A stretch of 64,000 bases of DNA. Source: Trypanosoma brucei. Its lineage: Eukaryota. The notes beneath the pieces were generated by a model that saw only the letters and a list, made by a program, of their open reading frames with translations, did no database searches and was not told where the DNA came from. Position 1 is the stretch's first letter. Each line of letters starts with the position of its first letter. Positions 1 to 10,231 of this stretch are shown one piece after another. The DNA is taken from NCBI GenBank assembly GCA_000002445.1, contig CM000207.1, positions 128,001-192,000 of the forward strand, written 5' to 3'. Made by a program: the position numbers and the translations under genes.

Positions 1-258
1 CAAAAACAGTGCCTAAATTCTCTGTCAGCGCTTGCTTTCCGTTCGCCACCGGTGGCGGCAGATACGAAGCTGGTAAGGCTTCCCCTACCGAACCAACACA
101 GTGGCCAGTATAAGCACAATCCGGCGCAGCGACGCTAAATATACGTCATTATACGCCACAGGCGGCCACACCAGAAGTTTCAGAATGGGAAAAGCAATAA
201 ATTACTTCTGTTCCTCTACATCTTTTGCTCACAGCAGGAAGCACAAACATAGGACAGT

Positions 259-1680
259 ATGATCTTAACGACGAAGAGAAAACTGGAACCAATTTCAAAA
301 GCAATTAAAGTAAAAAATATTCAGTGGGCGACAGCCGCGTCGCTCTTAAGTCTAGCTATCCTAGAAGCGAAAGCAGAATACAAAGTGTGTTCAACGCCGT
401 GCTCCTGCGCCACACGGCTGGAGGAAGCAGTAGCTCATTACTCGCAGAAGCTAAGCAGCAATATAAACGGCCACAAAGAACAAGTGGCTGACTATACCCG
501 CCTACTGATTTCAGCACTAAGTGACAACATAGAGCTAGCGAGAAAGGTGCGGGTAGTACTTGCAGCGGCGGGGCAAACAATAGAAGAATGTGAGCAAGAG
601 GTGTGAACCGGGAAGCAGCCACTAACTGAAGGCCTGAAACTGTTCCACAACGCCTCGGCGAAACTGAGGACCCTCGCAAAACGCCTAAGCGTTAAACACA
701 GACTGAAGATCTCAGCAAACTCCGGCCACGGACGGTTTACGCAATCAAGCTTTGAACAGACACCAGTCACGACAGAGCAACCTTTGGCTTGTCAAACCGC
801 CGAGGACAAAGCCGAAACCGCATTCGACCCTGACCAAAACGATGACAAAAATAATGTAAAGGAATTCGCAAAGCACGACCATATCACTGTAACCTGCCAA
901 ACAACATCAGCGTCGGGCACGAACTGCCAAGGTGAGACCCCTCAAACAGGTGGAGACTACATTGAGTTTGCGTTTCACGAAGCCATCAGCGCAGACACAA
1001 CCAAAGGCGTCACTGGGTGGAGCTCACCTAACGGAGGTGATGATGTCGTATTTTCTAAAGAGGTAAACATAACTAAAGGAACAAAAGAACAAAGCAGCCG
1101 AGCTCTAAACCTTCTGAAATCATCCATAACGCCGACAGCATGCGCAGTAGGTCTACAGGATTTCAATTCCATGGCCAGTAAACAAGCATTTAGGCGGCAA
1201 GCCATTCGAACCTTCCTCGCGAACCCAGATAACGAACAGAGTGAACCAACCGATGCTCAGAAACTGCAGGAAGCATTGGATACAGCTTATGGAAAAGAAG
1301 GAGACTTCAAAACCAAGTTCTGGCAAGCTGTCGAGCAGACTAAAGCAGCTGTCACCAAAAACAAGCAAAGAATCGACGTCGACATCAAGCCAAGTATATC
1401 GATGGCGTTGCTAACTGAAGCCCTGAGCAGGCGGCTAGGTGAAATGACCGCCAAAAAAAAGAAAAGTCCAGAGGCGCCAGTTGAGGGGGAAGCAGCACAA
1501 GAGACAGCCAAACCAGAAGATAAGAAAGGCGGGGATAATAAAGCTGCAACTGCAAATTGCACCAGCCATTCAACGGAAGATGCCTACACAAAAGGACAGA
1601 ATTGCAAACTGGAAAATAAGCTTGCAAATATTCCTCTATTCTAGCAAACAAGAAATTCACTCTGATGGTTTCTGCTTCTT
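259..1680 (+). pseudogene. VSG pseudogene (in-frame stop between 606 and 784; C-terminal GPI-signal segment in a different frame)
   Basis: ORFs 259-606 and 784-1644 are in the same frame, separated by stops. N-terminal 'WATAASLLSLAILEAKA' is signal-like. Cys-rich C-terminal domain. A 'NKKFTLMVSASLALLF' GPI-signal remnant at ~1650-1695 is out of frame. A 16-mer-like motif follows at 1729-1744. Confidence 0.7.
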
Positions 1681-1728
1681 TGGCCTTGCTGTTTTAATTA
1701 CCCTCTTTTTTAAAAGAATTTTGCTGTT

Positions 1729-1744
1729 TCATATATTTTAACAC
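1729..1744 (+). promoter_or_regulatory. VSG 3'-UTR conserved 16-mer-like element (tCATATATTTTAACAC)
   Basis: Matches the T. brucei VSG 3'-UTR 16-mer TGATATATTTTAACAC at 15/16 positions, about 50 nt downstream of the VSG pseudogene end. Confidence 0.6.
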
Positions 1745-2107
1745 CTAAATTACCTGAAAAATAATTAATTTTTTTGTCTGCCTGTAGGTGTATTTTTTTG
1801 ACTGAAATTTCTCTTTTTTTTCCAGCTCTTTTTTTAAATATTTTTAGGTTTAAATTTTTTAGGTGTTTTTTTAAGATTTTTGATATTTTATCGATTTTTG
1901 AATATTTGTATTCGAGCTATTAGTTTAATTTTTTTTAGTTTTTTTTCATTTTTCCAAATTTTTTAGCTTGATTATTATTTGAATTTTTTTAATTTTTACG
2001 GTTATAAATTTATTGTTATTTTTTAGTTTTTTTGTGTTTTTTCTGAAAGTTTGTTTAAAGTGGAGTTCAAATTAAAATAAAAAAGAAGGAAAGAAGAAAT
2101 TCGGTTT

Positions 2108-2136
2108 ATTATGGTTATGGTTAGGGTTAGGGTTTT
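2108..2136 (+). repeat. Interstitial telomere-like repeat tract (GGTTAT/GGTTAG/GGGTTA)
   Basis: 'ggttatggttatggttagggttagggttt', i.e. TTAGGG hexamers with the G-strand on the + strand, downstream of a VSG 3' end and a T-rich region. Confidence 0.75.
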
Positions 2137-2215
2137 TAAGTTTTGGGGGTATTTTTTAATTCTCTTTTTTTAAAATTAGGGTTTTGTGTTTTAATTCGCC
2201 ATTTTTTAATTGTAA

Positions 2216-2512
2216 GTGATGCAGCGGCTTTTTTACGTCAATCCTAATCATTTTTCTACCAGAAGACAACTTTTATTCATATTTTTCACCTGCAGCGCCG
2301 CAAGATTTGTTACTTTCTTTTTGCTTTTGTGAATTTCAGCTCTGCGTTTTGCGCTTCGCGCGGCCTTTAAAATTTAAAAAAAACGTTGGGGCTTGGCCTA
2401 TAGCGCTGCGCGCCGCTTTTCTTTTTACGCTTCAATGAGGACTTTGGCTGCGCGAAACGACTTGCTTTTCAAGAGACGCTAACAAACAAAACTTAATATT
2501 TGGAAGTGGAAC
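2216..2512 (+). repeat. Conserved ~300-bp subtelomeric element, copy A ('GTGATGCAGCGGC...TTTGCTTTTGTGAATTT.AGCTCTGCG...CGCTGCGCGAAACGA.TTGCTTTTCAAGAG...AATATTTGG')
   Basis: Shares long blocks with 10386-10600 and 11102-11380, checked by eye. Each copy lies immediately after a TTAGGG-like tract. Confidence 0.7.
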
Positions 2513-2809
2513 AATATGGAGTTCGGAAGATAAAGCCAGCCGAAATAACAGTCTGTACCGGTCGTGGCGCGGCACAGCAACCTAGCCAAAGCAAGCGGAA
2601 GCGGCAAGCGGTTAACTCCAGCGTCAGCAGGGCAATGCAGGTACGTCGCCATTCCCCAACAGATCCGGCAGCGCCAGTCAAGGATTTTAATGCAGGACCC
2701 ATAATCCCTACTGGCATAAATCCACTGCAAAAACCAACTAAGAAACACAGAAGTAGAGGAAAAGAATAAATGCAAAACTCCAGCAAACAAAACAGCAGAA
2801 GGGTGTGCG

Positions 2810-3110
2810 GCCATTGACTATTACTATGATGAAACTAACAAAGAATACAAGACAAAACCAGGAAAAGAAAACACATCAACAGGAACAGGAAAGACAAGTA
2901 CCGGAGTAGACTGCAATAAACACCAAACACAGCGAGCCTGTGAAGCGGAAAACAAGGATGTAAAACCGGGTCAGAAAGCAGTATCTGGATGTATTGAGGA
3001 TAAGTGCAAAGATTTATTTTTTCTCTTCAGTAAGAATTTTGCTCTGATGGCTGCTTCTTTTGTGAGCTTGGTACTATTCAAGGATTTTGAATTTTTAAAT
3101 TTGTTATTTT
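2810..3110 (+). pseudogene. Orphan VSG C-terminal-domain fragment with GPI signal
   Basis: Translation '...TGVDCNKHQTQRACEAENKDVKPGQKAVSGCIEDKCKDLFFLFSKNFALMAASFVSLVLF...' is a typical VSG C-terminal domain with a hydrophobic GPI signal. There is no N-terminal domain upstream. The 16-mer variant TGATATATTTCAACAC lies at 3120-3135. Confidence 0.7.
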
Positions 3111-3119
3111 GAGAGAATT

Positions 3120-3135
3120 TGATATATTTCAACAC
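3120..3135 (+). promoter_or_regulatory. VSG 3'-UTR 16-mer variant (TGATATATTTCAACAC)
   Basis: 15/16 match to the canonical 16-mer. The identical variant recurs at 9978-9993. Confidence 0.6.
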
Positions 3136-3283
3136 CTCCTGATGATAATGTGCAAATTTTAAAAACACAAAATTATAAAATTATGGTTTCAAATTGTCCA
3201 TGGTTGTATCGTACTAATTTTATAAGAATATTAAAAGATTTATAGTGTAATTTGCTTTATTTTTCTTGTTTTATGAACGTTAG

Positions 3284-3445
3284 TTAGGGTTATAATAGTG
3301 ATAGTAAGGTGAAAGATAAGAGTAAGTTGTTAGTGTGCATATACTAATAATATACTAAGAGCAGTAATTATGATTAAAGTAATCATAATCATAATAATCA
3401 TAATTGTGTGTGCTGTGAGTGTATGATAATAATATAAGTGATGAA
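3284..3445. repeat. Degenerate 70-bp repeat region (VSG upstream recombination repeats)
   Basis: ATR-rich runs ('atcataatcataataatcataat') with degenerate 'GTTGTTAGTGTGCATATACTAATAATA' and 'GTGTGCTGTGAGTGTATGATAATAATA' cores. Confidence 0.6.
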
Positions 3446-4380
3446 CACAAATTGAATGCTCCAAATAATAGCACTTGAAGCGATAGCAAGGGTTTAATGA
3501 AGTAAGTGGGAAAAGTAGTGTGAGAGTGAGTGCTTGGGAGAGAAAGAGAACAAGAGGAACATTATGAAAGATAATGGAGAATAATTTTTTTAAAAAATGA
3601 AAATGAAAGATAAGTAGCTTACAATAAATACAAAACAATGTTCGTCTTTATACACAAGAAGATTATCGGGGAACAATATGAAAGAGACAAAATAGAGCGC
3701 AATGACCAACTATGGTCACCCCATAAGCTGCCGCGCACACACCACAGAAATTTGTGATGTATCAGTATTAGTAGGAGAAGATTGTGGCCAACATGTCACT
3801 GAAGATCTACAGATTTAGCAACACAAATTGTGATAACAGCAATAGTAACATTAGTTTAAAAGACACGATGATGGGACTTTCATGACAAAACAGGGTGGTT
3901 GATTAATTATTACAGGAAACTGGTAATATTCATAGAACATTTAAAATAATCAGTACAACTAGCTACTTCCATTCATATAACTATGCATAGAGGTAAATTT
4001 GAAGATTGTTAAACAGCAGTGGAATTCCTCTAGCATCTACTGAACCAGATTATACTAAAACTGATACTAAAACAAAAAGTTAGAGATGTATGATTAAAGA
4101 GGTGTTTCAGACACTGATAATACGTCATTTAACAACGAAATAATAACAATATTAATGTATTGTTATGTAAAACCAGTAGTGACTCAACATATTTTTTTCT
4201 TTTATTTGTTATGATTTTCTTATAACATTCTCAAATTTTTTAAGTAAATTAAGTCATTAAATTTGGTGTTTTGGAAAATTTACTATTACCATTTATATTA
4301 CATAAAGTGTTTCACAGTGCAAAAACATTTCCGGAAAAACAGGAAAATATAGAATAGGGTCAACATGGGAAGCCCAGAGT

Positions 4381-5100
4381 CTTTGTGATTGTCGTTCAAA
4401 TAATGCAACTCAAGAATGGTGTAGGCTCATATTGAGTGACAAACTAAGTAATGTTGACATAATTACAATTGCGACAGAAGGTTTGTATAACCATATTAAA
4501 AGATCTGGATAGGTTGTACAATATTGATAAAGGCATAATGCAAGTGATGAGGACAATGTTATTCATTTGGATGGGCCTGATGCTATTGTTAGTGATGGAA
4601 ATAAATATGAGAATGCTGTGGAATATTTGATACAAAATACTGCAGAAAATGAAGATAGGGTTGGTGAATAGGATATTTACAAAGAGCATGTGGAGAGATT
4701 GTTATTAGTTTTTTAATGTTGGTTACAGAAAAGAAGAGGATAATAAATTACTTTATTTACTAAAATCACCTCTTAGTAGAAAAAGCTTATCTTAGTGGCG
4801 GTGGTTTGATAGCAAGAGTTTGGGCATTTAAGAAATTTGAATATGCATTTGGAGAATTATTAAAGGGAAGTGGGGAGTGGTGGTCAGAGCAGAGTATTTA
4901 CAAACCATTGCTAATATGGAGTGCAAGTGAGGAAGAAACTGTAGGACAGAGATTTGTTTTGAGAAGTGGAATGATTGGGTTATATGATGAAGCGAGATTT
5001 TTTTCTATTCAATATGGTCAAAAAATTGGAGAAGCTTTATTCATTCCACTTTTATCCTCCATTGATTGCATGGAAGAATGAGGCGAAGTTGATTGTGAAA
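4381..5100 (+). pseudogene. Repeated subtelomeric 'X' element, copy 1 (unidentified coding remnant; ORF 4806-5081)
   Basis: About 700 bp alignable by eye to 17250-17880. The shared ORF is 'LIARVW(A/T)FKKFEYAFGELLKG..EWW.EQSIYK.LLI...ETVG.RFVLR'. It sits in the co-transposed region between a 70-bp repeat and a VSG. Family not recognised; possibly an ESAG-family remnant. Confidence 0.5.
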
Positions 5101-5813
5101 AATATCTGTTGATGTAAAGAATTGGAAGGAAGGAAATTTAGTACAAGAGATTTGGGGGAACTTCAAACATACAAGATCGATAGCGAGAAATGTTATTTAG
5201 AATTTGTGGAGATTTGTTGTGAAGTGTTTAAAGCAAGGAATATTTTTAAAGCTCAAAAACAGTAAAATTAAAATTCTGAGTCAGCTCAGGGCTTGCAGGT
5301 GCACAGACTCTCAAGGATATTTTTTTATTAAAATACAATACCTACTTTTATCCAGACTATGTTAAAAACGGAAACGCGGGCACCGACAGAAGATTAGGCT
5401 GGCTTCACTACAGAAAACTACAAAAGCAATGACATCAGAAAAGTTCTCGGTTTTGACGACTTTCGCCTTTGGGATTCAATTGCGAAAACAGCAAGCACTG
5501 GCTAGAAAATAGAAGTCAGCTAGAACTGAACCTACGGCTAAGCACGACAGCGCAACACCAACCAATGCTTAGCGATACGAAAAACATTCGGCGGCAAAAT
5601 AACAGTTCAGCGAGGTGTAGTTGTCTATAAAACAATCTTTCGCCAAAGGGCTGGGACTTACTTTAAGAAAAAAAACAAGTAAATACATACAGAGCAACTG
5701 TCAAAAACTTTAAACCGCTTTCAAAGGGCTGGAGACCTCACCCTCATCGCCGGCCAACAAACCTTAAAATACAAGCACCACCACCAGACACCCTTTCACT
5801 AACATAACAGAAA

Positions 5814-7334
5814 ATGAAAGCCAGACAAATAATTACTCACCTGGCGGTGCTGTTGCTATTAGTGACCCCGCAGGCACGGGCAGCGGCACCGGCAGATGGC
5901 GACAACTTAGCGACGCTGGCGTACTTGTGCCCCGCCCTTCAGCTAGCGGACGGCGACATAACATTGCACCCCGAACAAAGCAATCTAGATGGCAGCCTAC
6001 AAGACCTGCTAGCGCTAAACATGTCACTAGCAGACGCCGCCTGGGCAGCTCAATTCAAGGCCTCACCGCCAGGTGCAACGCCAGTAGCAGCAACCGAGCA
6101 GCAGCAGAAGCAACAAGCCGGCACGCCAGAACAAATTGCTGCCTGGACTGCCGCCAAGGCCAATGTAGATAACACCGCCAAATTCAAAGATGTACTCGCA
6201 AAATACGGTTACACTCAAGAAAACGCGTCAAAGCTAATTCCTTTGAAAGGACCAATCGCACAGTACGCTGACGCGGCGTTCGGCATACAACAAGCGACAA
6301 AGACAAGCGAAAAAGACGACAAAACAGATTCAGACCTCAAAGCTTTGATAAAAACAGCAATCTACGGCCATGACGGCGGCTACGACGCCACAAAAAAGGA
6401 AGAAATGGGGCTACAAGGGACACAAAACCGGGAAAACCACTGTACAGCACAAAGTAACAGCAACCCAATTCAAACGATTTCGACTATGGTCGCTTGTCTG
6501 TGTGCCGTAAAGGACGACATGGTGTCGGGAAAAGCACCGTGCGGGCCGCACGCAGACGCAACGCTAAAATGGCAAGCTGACGGGCCGCCACAGACGCCAC
6601 TATGGCCGAAGATCCGCTCTATCTGCCCAAAAGCCGACGGCGGAACTGTAACAGCCGACAGAATAGCAGCAGCAATAGCAGCAGCAAAGATGGCTTTCTT
6701 CAGCAAAGGCAACGATCTTTATGTCGGCAAGTTCGACATGGCCGGCTGCGACGGCAGCAACAATGGTGCCTGTATAAAGTACACAGACCAGGCGTCGAAC
6801 TCAGTACCCAGCTTCAAGCAGGCCGCATGGATAGACAAACTTGAAACTGTAGAGACATCATTGCGAACGCGCCAGCAGAACCAGGACATCCAAAAGCAGG
6901 CGCAGACAAAAATAGAAACGCTCAAGCAGCTGGTCAAAGCAGCCGCCAAACACGCAGAAAAACTTACAGCGCCAACGACGCAGCACCATAGCAACCCAAA
7001 ACTAGCCACCACAAACGACAAAAATAGCCAAGCTCAGAAAACAGCAGATTGCTCAAAACTTGAAAAAGCGGAGTGCAAGCCCGATGTGGGATGCAGATAT
7101 AACGAAACAACTAACAAATGCGAAGAAGATCCAAAAAGTCCAGTTGTGCAGGCAAACAAAGAAGCTAAAGGAGGAGCAACAAACTCTGAAGGTAAGAATT
7201 ACTCTGGCAAGAAAACTGAGGGCGAATGTAAAGATAGCTGCAAATGGGATGGAAAAGAATGCAAAGATTCCATTTTCCTTTTCCGTAAAAAATTTTTCCT
7301 GATTGTTTTTGCATTTTTGGTCTTGCTGTTTTAA
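5814..7334 (+). CDS. Variant surface glycoprotein (apparently intact, 506 aa)
   Basis: Uninterrupted ORF. Signal peptide 'MKARQIITHLAVLLLLVTPQARA'. Cys-rich C-terminal domain. C-terminal 'KDSIFLFRKKFFLIVFAFLVLLF' GPI signal. 16-mer at 7397-7412 and 70-bp repeats upstream. Confidence 0.85.
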   Translation: MKARQIITHLAVLLLLVTPQARAAAPADGDNLATLAYLCPALQLADGDITLHPEQSNLDGSLQDLLALNMSLADAAWAAQFKASPPGATPVAATEQQQKQQAGTPEQIAAWTAAKANVDNTAKFKDVLAKYGYTQENASKLIPLKGPIAQYADAAFGIQQATKTSEKDDKTDSDLKALIKTAIYGHDGGYDATKKEEMGLQGTQNRENHCTAQSNSNPIQTISTMVACLCAVKDDMVSGKAPCGPHADATLKWQADGPPQTPLWPKIRSICPKADGGTVTADRIAAAIAAAKMAFFSKGNDLYVGKFDMAGCDGSNNGACIKYTDQASNSVPSFKQAAWIDKLETVETSLRTRQQNQDIQKQAQTKIETLKQLVKAAAKHAEKLTAPTTQHHSNPKLATTNDKNSQAQKTADCSKLEKAECKPDVGCRYNETTNKCEEDPKSPVVQANKEAKGGATNSEGKNYSGKKTEGECKDSCKWDGKECKDSIFLFRKKFFLIVFAFLVLLF

Positions 7335-7396
7335 CATTTTAAAACTTACAATGGTTTTTGTTTATTTTTGTGAAACTTATGTTACTTTCTAAAATT

Positions 7397-7412
7397 TAAT
7401 ATATTTTAACAC
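7397..7412 (+). promoter_or_regulatory. VSG 3'-UTR 16-mer (TAATATATTTTAACAC)
   Basis: 15/16 match to TGATATATTTTAACAC, about 60 nt after the VSG stop. Confidence 0.65.
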
Positions 7413-7577
7413 TCTTTATCAAGAATTTGCAAATTATTGTCTCTTTTTGAAAATATAAAAAATGTTTACAAACGTTTCAAATAGAAATAAAGTAGAGGTG
7501 TAATAGGGTATAAAAATGGGTGATATTCTAATTTGTTTATTCAGTTATTTTTTGATTTTATTAAATGGATATTTACT

Positions 7578-7848
7578 ATTGTTATAATAATGATAAAAAT
7601 AGGAGAGTGTTGTGAGTGTGTGCATACAAATATAATAATATAGTAATAATAAATAATAATAATAATAGTAATAATAATAATAATCATGATAATAATAATA
7701 AATAATAGGAGTGTGTTGTGAGTGCGTATATACGAATATTATAATAAGAGCAGTAATAATAATAGTAATAATAATAATAATAATGATAATAATAGGAGAG
7801 TGTTGTGAGTGTGTGTATATACAAATATTATAATAAGATCGGTGATAA
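7578..7848. repeat. 70-bp repeat array (about 3 units)
   Basis: Three units of (TAA/TAG/TGA)n followed by 'GGAGAGTGTTGTGAGTGTGTGCATACAAATATTATAATAAGA'-type cores (cores near 7604, 7709, 7797), immediately upstream of the VSG at 8315. Confidence 0.9.
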
Positions 7849-8314
7849 TGACAGAACCAACAAAAGCAGTAGTTCATAAAGTCGTGGTGATGGAATTTAC
7901 TTGAAAACTGTTGTTGTGGGATCTTATAAGAAGTAAATTAAATATTGAGTGGTTATTGACAGCAAAAAACAGTCCTCAATTTAAGAAGCAGATAATATAC
8001 CACAATCCTGACATTTTGTAAAAAACAAGGCACATACTATCAACTATAAGTGCTTTAAAACCAATTGAAGTCAGCACAAAGGCTACACAACTAAACTAAA
8101 ACGCAGAATACACAGCATTCACACCAAGTAAAGCAGCGCAATAGCTACATCATGCTAAATTAAACACTATATCCAGGGAATACGTCTGCTCACCACAAAA
8201 CTAACCTAAACTCGCGAAAATGACACAAATAACTCTGTCCACCGTTTGAAATCGGTAACAGGAAAGGTAAGAGAGAACGACGGCCCGCAAAGCAGAACCA
8301 AAGAAGCGATCGAA

Positions 8315-9913
8315 ATGACGGCACCAGTGTTGGGGGCTACCATGCTAACCATTGCGCTCCACCTCGTCACCTCTGGAAGCCTGGCAACGATACCGGAAGG
8401 AGCAAACAAGCACGAGCACGCGGTGTTGTGCGAAGTACTAGCGATTGTAGATGCCGACCTCGACATACCCCCACAAGAAAGTGTCGACGAGGCAAGCTAC
8501 AACAAAATACGTAACCTCAATTTTTCGACATCGACGACCGACTGGCGGAAGACGTTCTACTCAGACGACGCTCTAACGAAACCCCACCCAGAGGCCCAGC
8601 CGGCGCACAAGAAAATAGCAGACTACGCCAAATACTGGCCAGACTGGCATGGGGCGGCCACAGCATTAGCAGCAACGAAGAAACCAGACGAGGTTGAGAA
8701 AGCCAAACTGGACGAGCTAACACACCAGAGCCGGCAGATAGCACACGCCCGCGTACGGGCTATAGCAGAAACAGCTCGGGCGGCTAAAGAAAAGGCGCTA
8801 CAAACAGCCGGCGAAGCCGAAGTAATCGACAAGGCGGAGGAGCTGAAAGCACTGAAAACAGTTTTTTTCGGAGCAGATTCCGCAGCGGCGGCGACGGTAA
8901 CGACAACAAATGCGTTCGGCACGGGAACAATCAACGCCCGGCAAACAGCATGCGAGGCAGACCCAGCAGATGGCAAGGCGAAAACTCTAGTCGCACAGCT
9001 AATGTGCGTATGCACAAAAGCGACTCAAGGGTCGGCCCTCAGCAAAGCATGCACAGCGGCAGCAGACGGCAGCCAGGGATGGAACAGCGGTTCGGGGTCT
9101 CCCGCTGACACTGACGCCAGCGCAGTCGCCAAAACGTGTGCAAACACCGGAGAGAGCAAGATAACCGCCACGCGCTTGCGACAAGCAATAACCAACGTCG
9201 CAAAACTAGTACACCTAACAAGCGACGGTACCGGCTACATCGGCGTATACCAAGCAACAGGTTGCACCGGGGCCGACAACGCCGGCATGTGCGTCAAGAT
9301 ACCAAACTATAAATCGAATCCTACAGACGGGATTAAAAAGCTACAGTGGACATCAACCCTGGAAAACCTCGCTAACAAACTAGAAGCTAGAACCAGGTAC
9401 AACACCATTATCTCTAAACTAAACGAACAGCTACGATCCAGCTCAGAGCAAGCCGAAGAAACTATTCAACTAACAAAGCGAGAAGAAGCCGCTAGATCAA
9501 CAGCCACCAAAGAACAAACTCAAAAGTCCACCACAGCGACTCAGGCGCAAAACACCCTCATTAATGAGTGCGAAAAAATAACCAAAGCAGCGCAATGCAA
9601 GGAAAAAAAGCCGGCATGCGAATGGCAAAACAAAGCCGCCGAAGATGGCCCCCACTGCAAATTGAATGCGACGAATGTAGAACAACAAGCAACTCAAGCA
9701 GGAACAGGAGATGGAGCTGCAGCAACAACAACAGATAAGTGTGGTGCGGCAAAAACTCCTGAGGAATGTGCTGCAGTAAAGGGTGAAATTCCGAAAGATA
9801 AAAAAGCTGTTTGTGGTTGGATTGAAGGCAAATGTCAGGATTCCAGTATTATTATCAATAAGAAATTCGCCCTCAGCGTGGTTTCTGCTGCTTTTATGGC
9901 CTTGCTTTTCTAA
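8315..9913 (+). CDS. Variant surface glycoprotein (apparently intact; b-type N-terminal domain)
   Basis: The ORF runs from 8246, but the likely start is ATG 8315 (signal 'MTAPVLGATMLTIALHLVTSGSLA'). 'CVC' and 'GTGYIGVYQATGCTGADNAGMCVKIP' motifs are typical of b-type VSG N-domains. C-terminal 'INKKFALSVVSAAFMALLF' GPI signal. 16-mer variant at 9978-9993. Confidence 0.85.
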   Translation: MTAPVLGATMLTIALHLVTSGSLATIPEGANKHEHAVLCEVLAIVDADLDIPPQESVDEASYNKIRNLNFSTSTTDWRKTFYSDDALTKPHPEAQPAHKKIADYAKYWPDWHGAATALAATKKPDEVEKAKLDELTHQSRQIAHARVRAIAETARAAKEKALQTAGEAEVIDKAEELKALKTVFFGADSAAAATVTTTNAFGTGTINARQTACEADPADGKAKTLVAQLMCVCTKATQGSALSKACTAAADGSQGWNSGSGSPADTDASAVAKTCANTGESKITATRLRQAITNVAKLVHLTSDGTGYIGVYQATGCTGADNAGMCVKIPNYKSNPTDGIKKLQWTSTLENLANKLEARTRYNTIISKLNEQLRSSSEQAEETIQLTKREEAARSTATKEQTQKSTTATQAQNTLINECEKITKAAQCKEKKPACEWQNKAAEDGPHCKLNATNVEQQATQAGTGDGAAATTTDKCGAAKTPEECAAVKGEIPKDKKAVCGWIEGKCQDSSIIINKKFALSVVSAAFMALLF

Positions 9914-9977
9914 AAGAATTTTTTCCCCCCTCAACTTTTCCCCTCTTTTTAAAGAATTTTTGCTACTTGAAAACTTC

Positions 9978-9993
9978 TGATATATTTCAACAC
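9978..9993 (+). promoter_or_regulatory. VSG 3'-UTR 16-mer variant (TGATATATTTCAACAC)
   Basis: Same T-to-C variant as at 3120-3135. Confidence 0.6.
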
Positions 9994-10106
9994 GTAAAAC
10001 CTGCCGAGTTTTTTTTGTTTGTGTGTTTGTAAAAACATTCTGATTCTGTGAAAAATGTTTTCTGGAAATTAAATTTTTTTCTTCTTTCCTGTTTTTTGGA
10101 GTTTTT

Positions 10107-10172
10107 GTAGGTAGGTAGGTGGGGGGGGAGTGAGGCTAGTTAGGTTAGTTAGGTTAGTTAGGGTTAGGGTTA
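10107..10172 (+). repeat. Interstitial telomere-like repeats (GTAGGT / GTTAGG / TTAGGG)
   Basis: 'gtaggtaggtaggtggggggggagtgaggctagttaggttagttaggttagttagggttagggtta'. Confidence 0.75.
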
Positions 10173-10231
10173 CTTTTCCTCTTTTTCTTTTTTTACCCCG
10201 CACCTCTGTCCTGGATTTTTAAATTTTTTTT

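Noticed and set aside
7578-7848. Possible CRISPR-like regular repeat
   Set aside because: This is a eukaryotic trypanosome subtelomere. The periodic units are the well-known VSG 70-bp repeats, with no spacer/repeat architecture or cas genes.
7545-7877. ORFs inside 70-bp repeat arrays (7545-7877 minus, 15107-15478 minus, 15126-15335 +, 57890-58084 +, 57934-58125 minus, 3330-3638 minus)
   Set aside because: These translate ATR triplet repeats (poly-Ile/Tyr/Met) and are artefacts of the repeat, not genes.
8623-9015. Minus-strand ORFs inside VSG coding regions (e.g. 8623-9015, 8517-8744, 6719-7021, 5833-6027, 60386-60889, 60513-60854, 63060-63497, 63666-63920)
   Set aside because: They are antisense to clearly VSG-like + strand ORFs. 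Their low-complexity Ala/Ser/Cys-rich translations are typical of spurious antisense ORFs in GC/A-rich VSG sequence.
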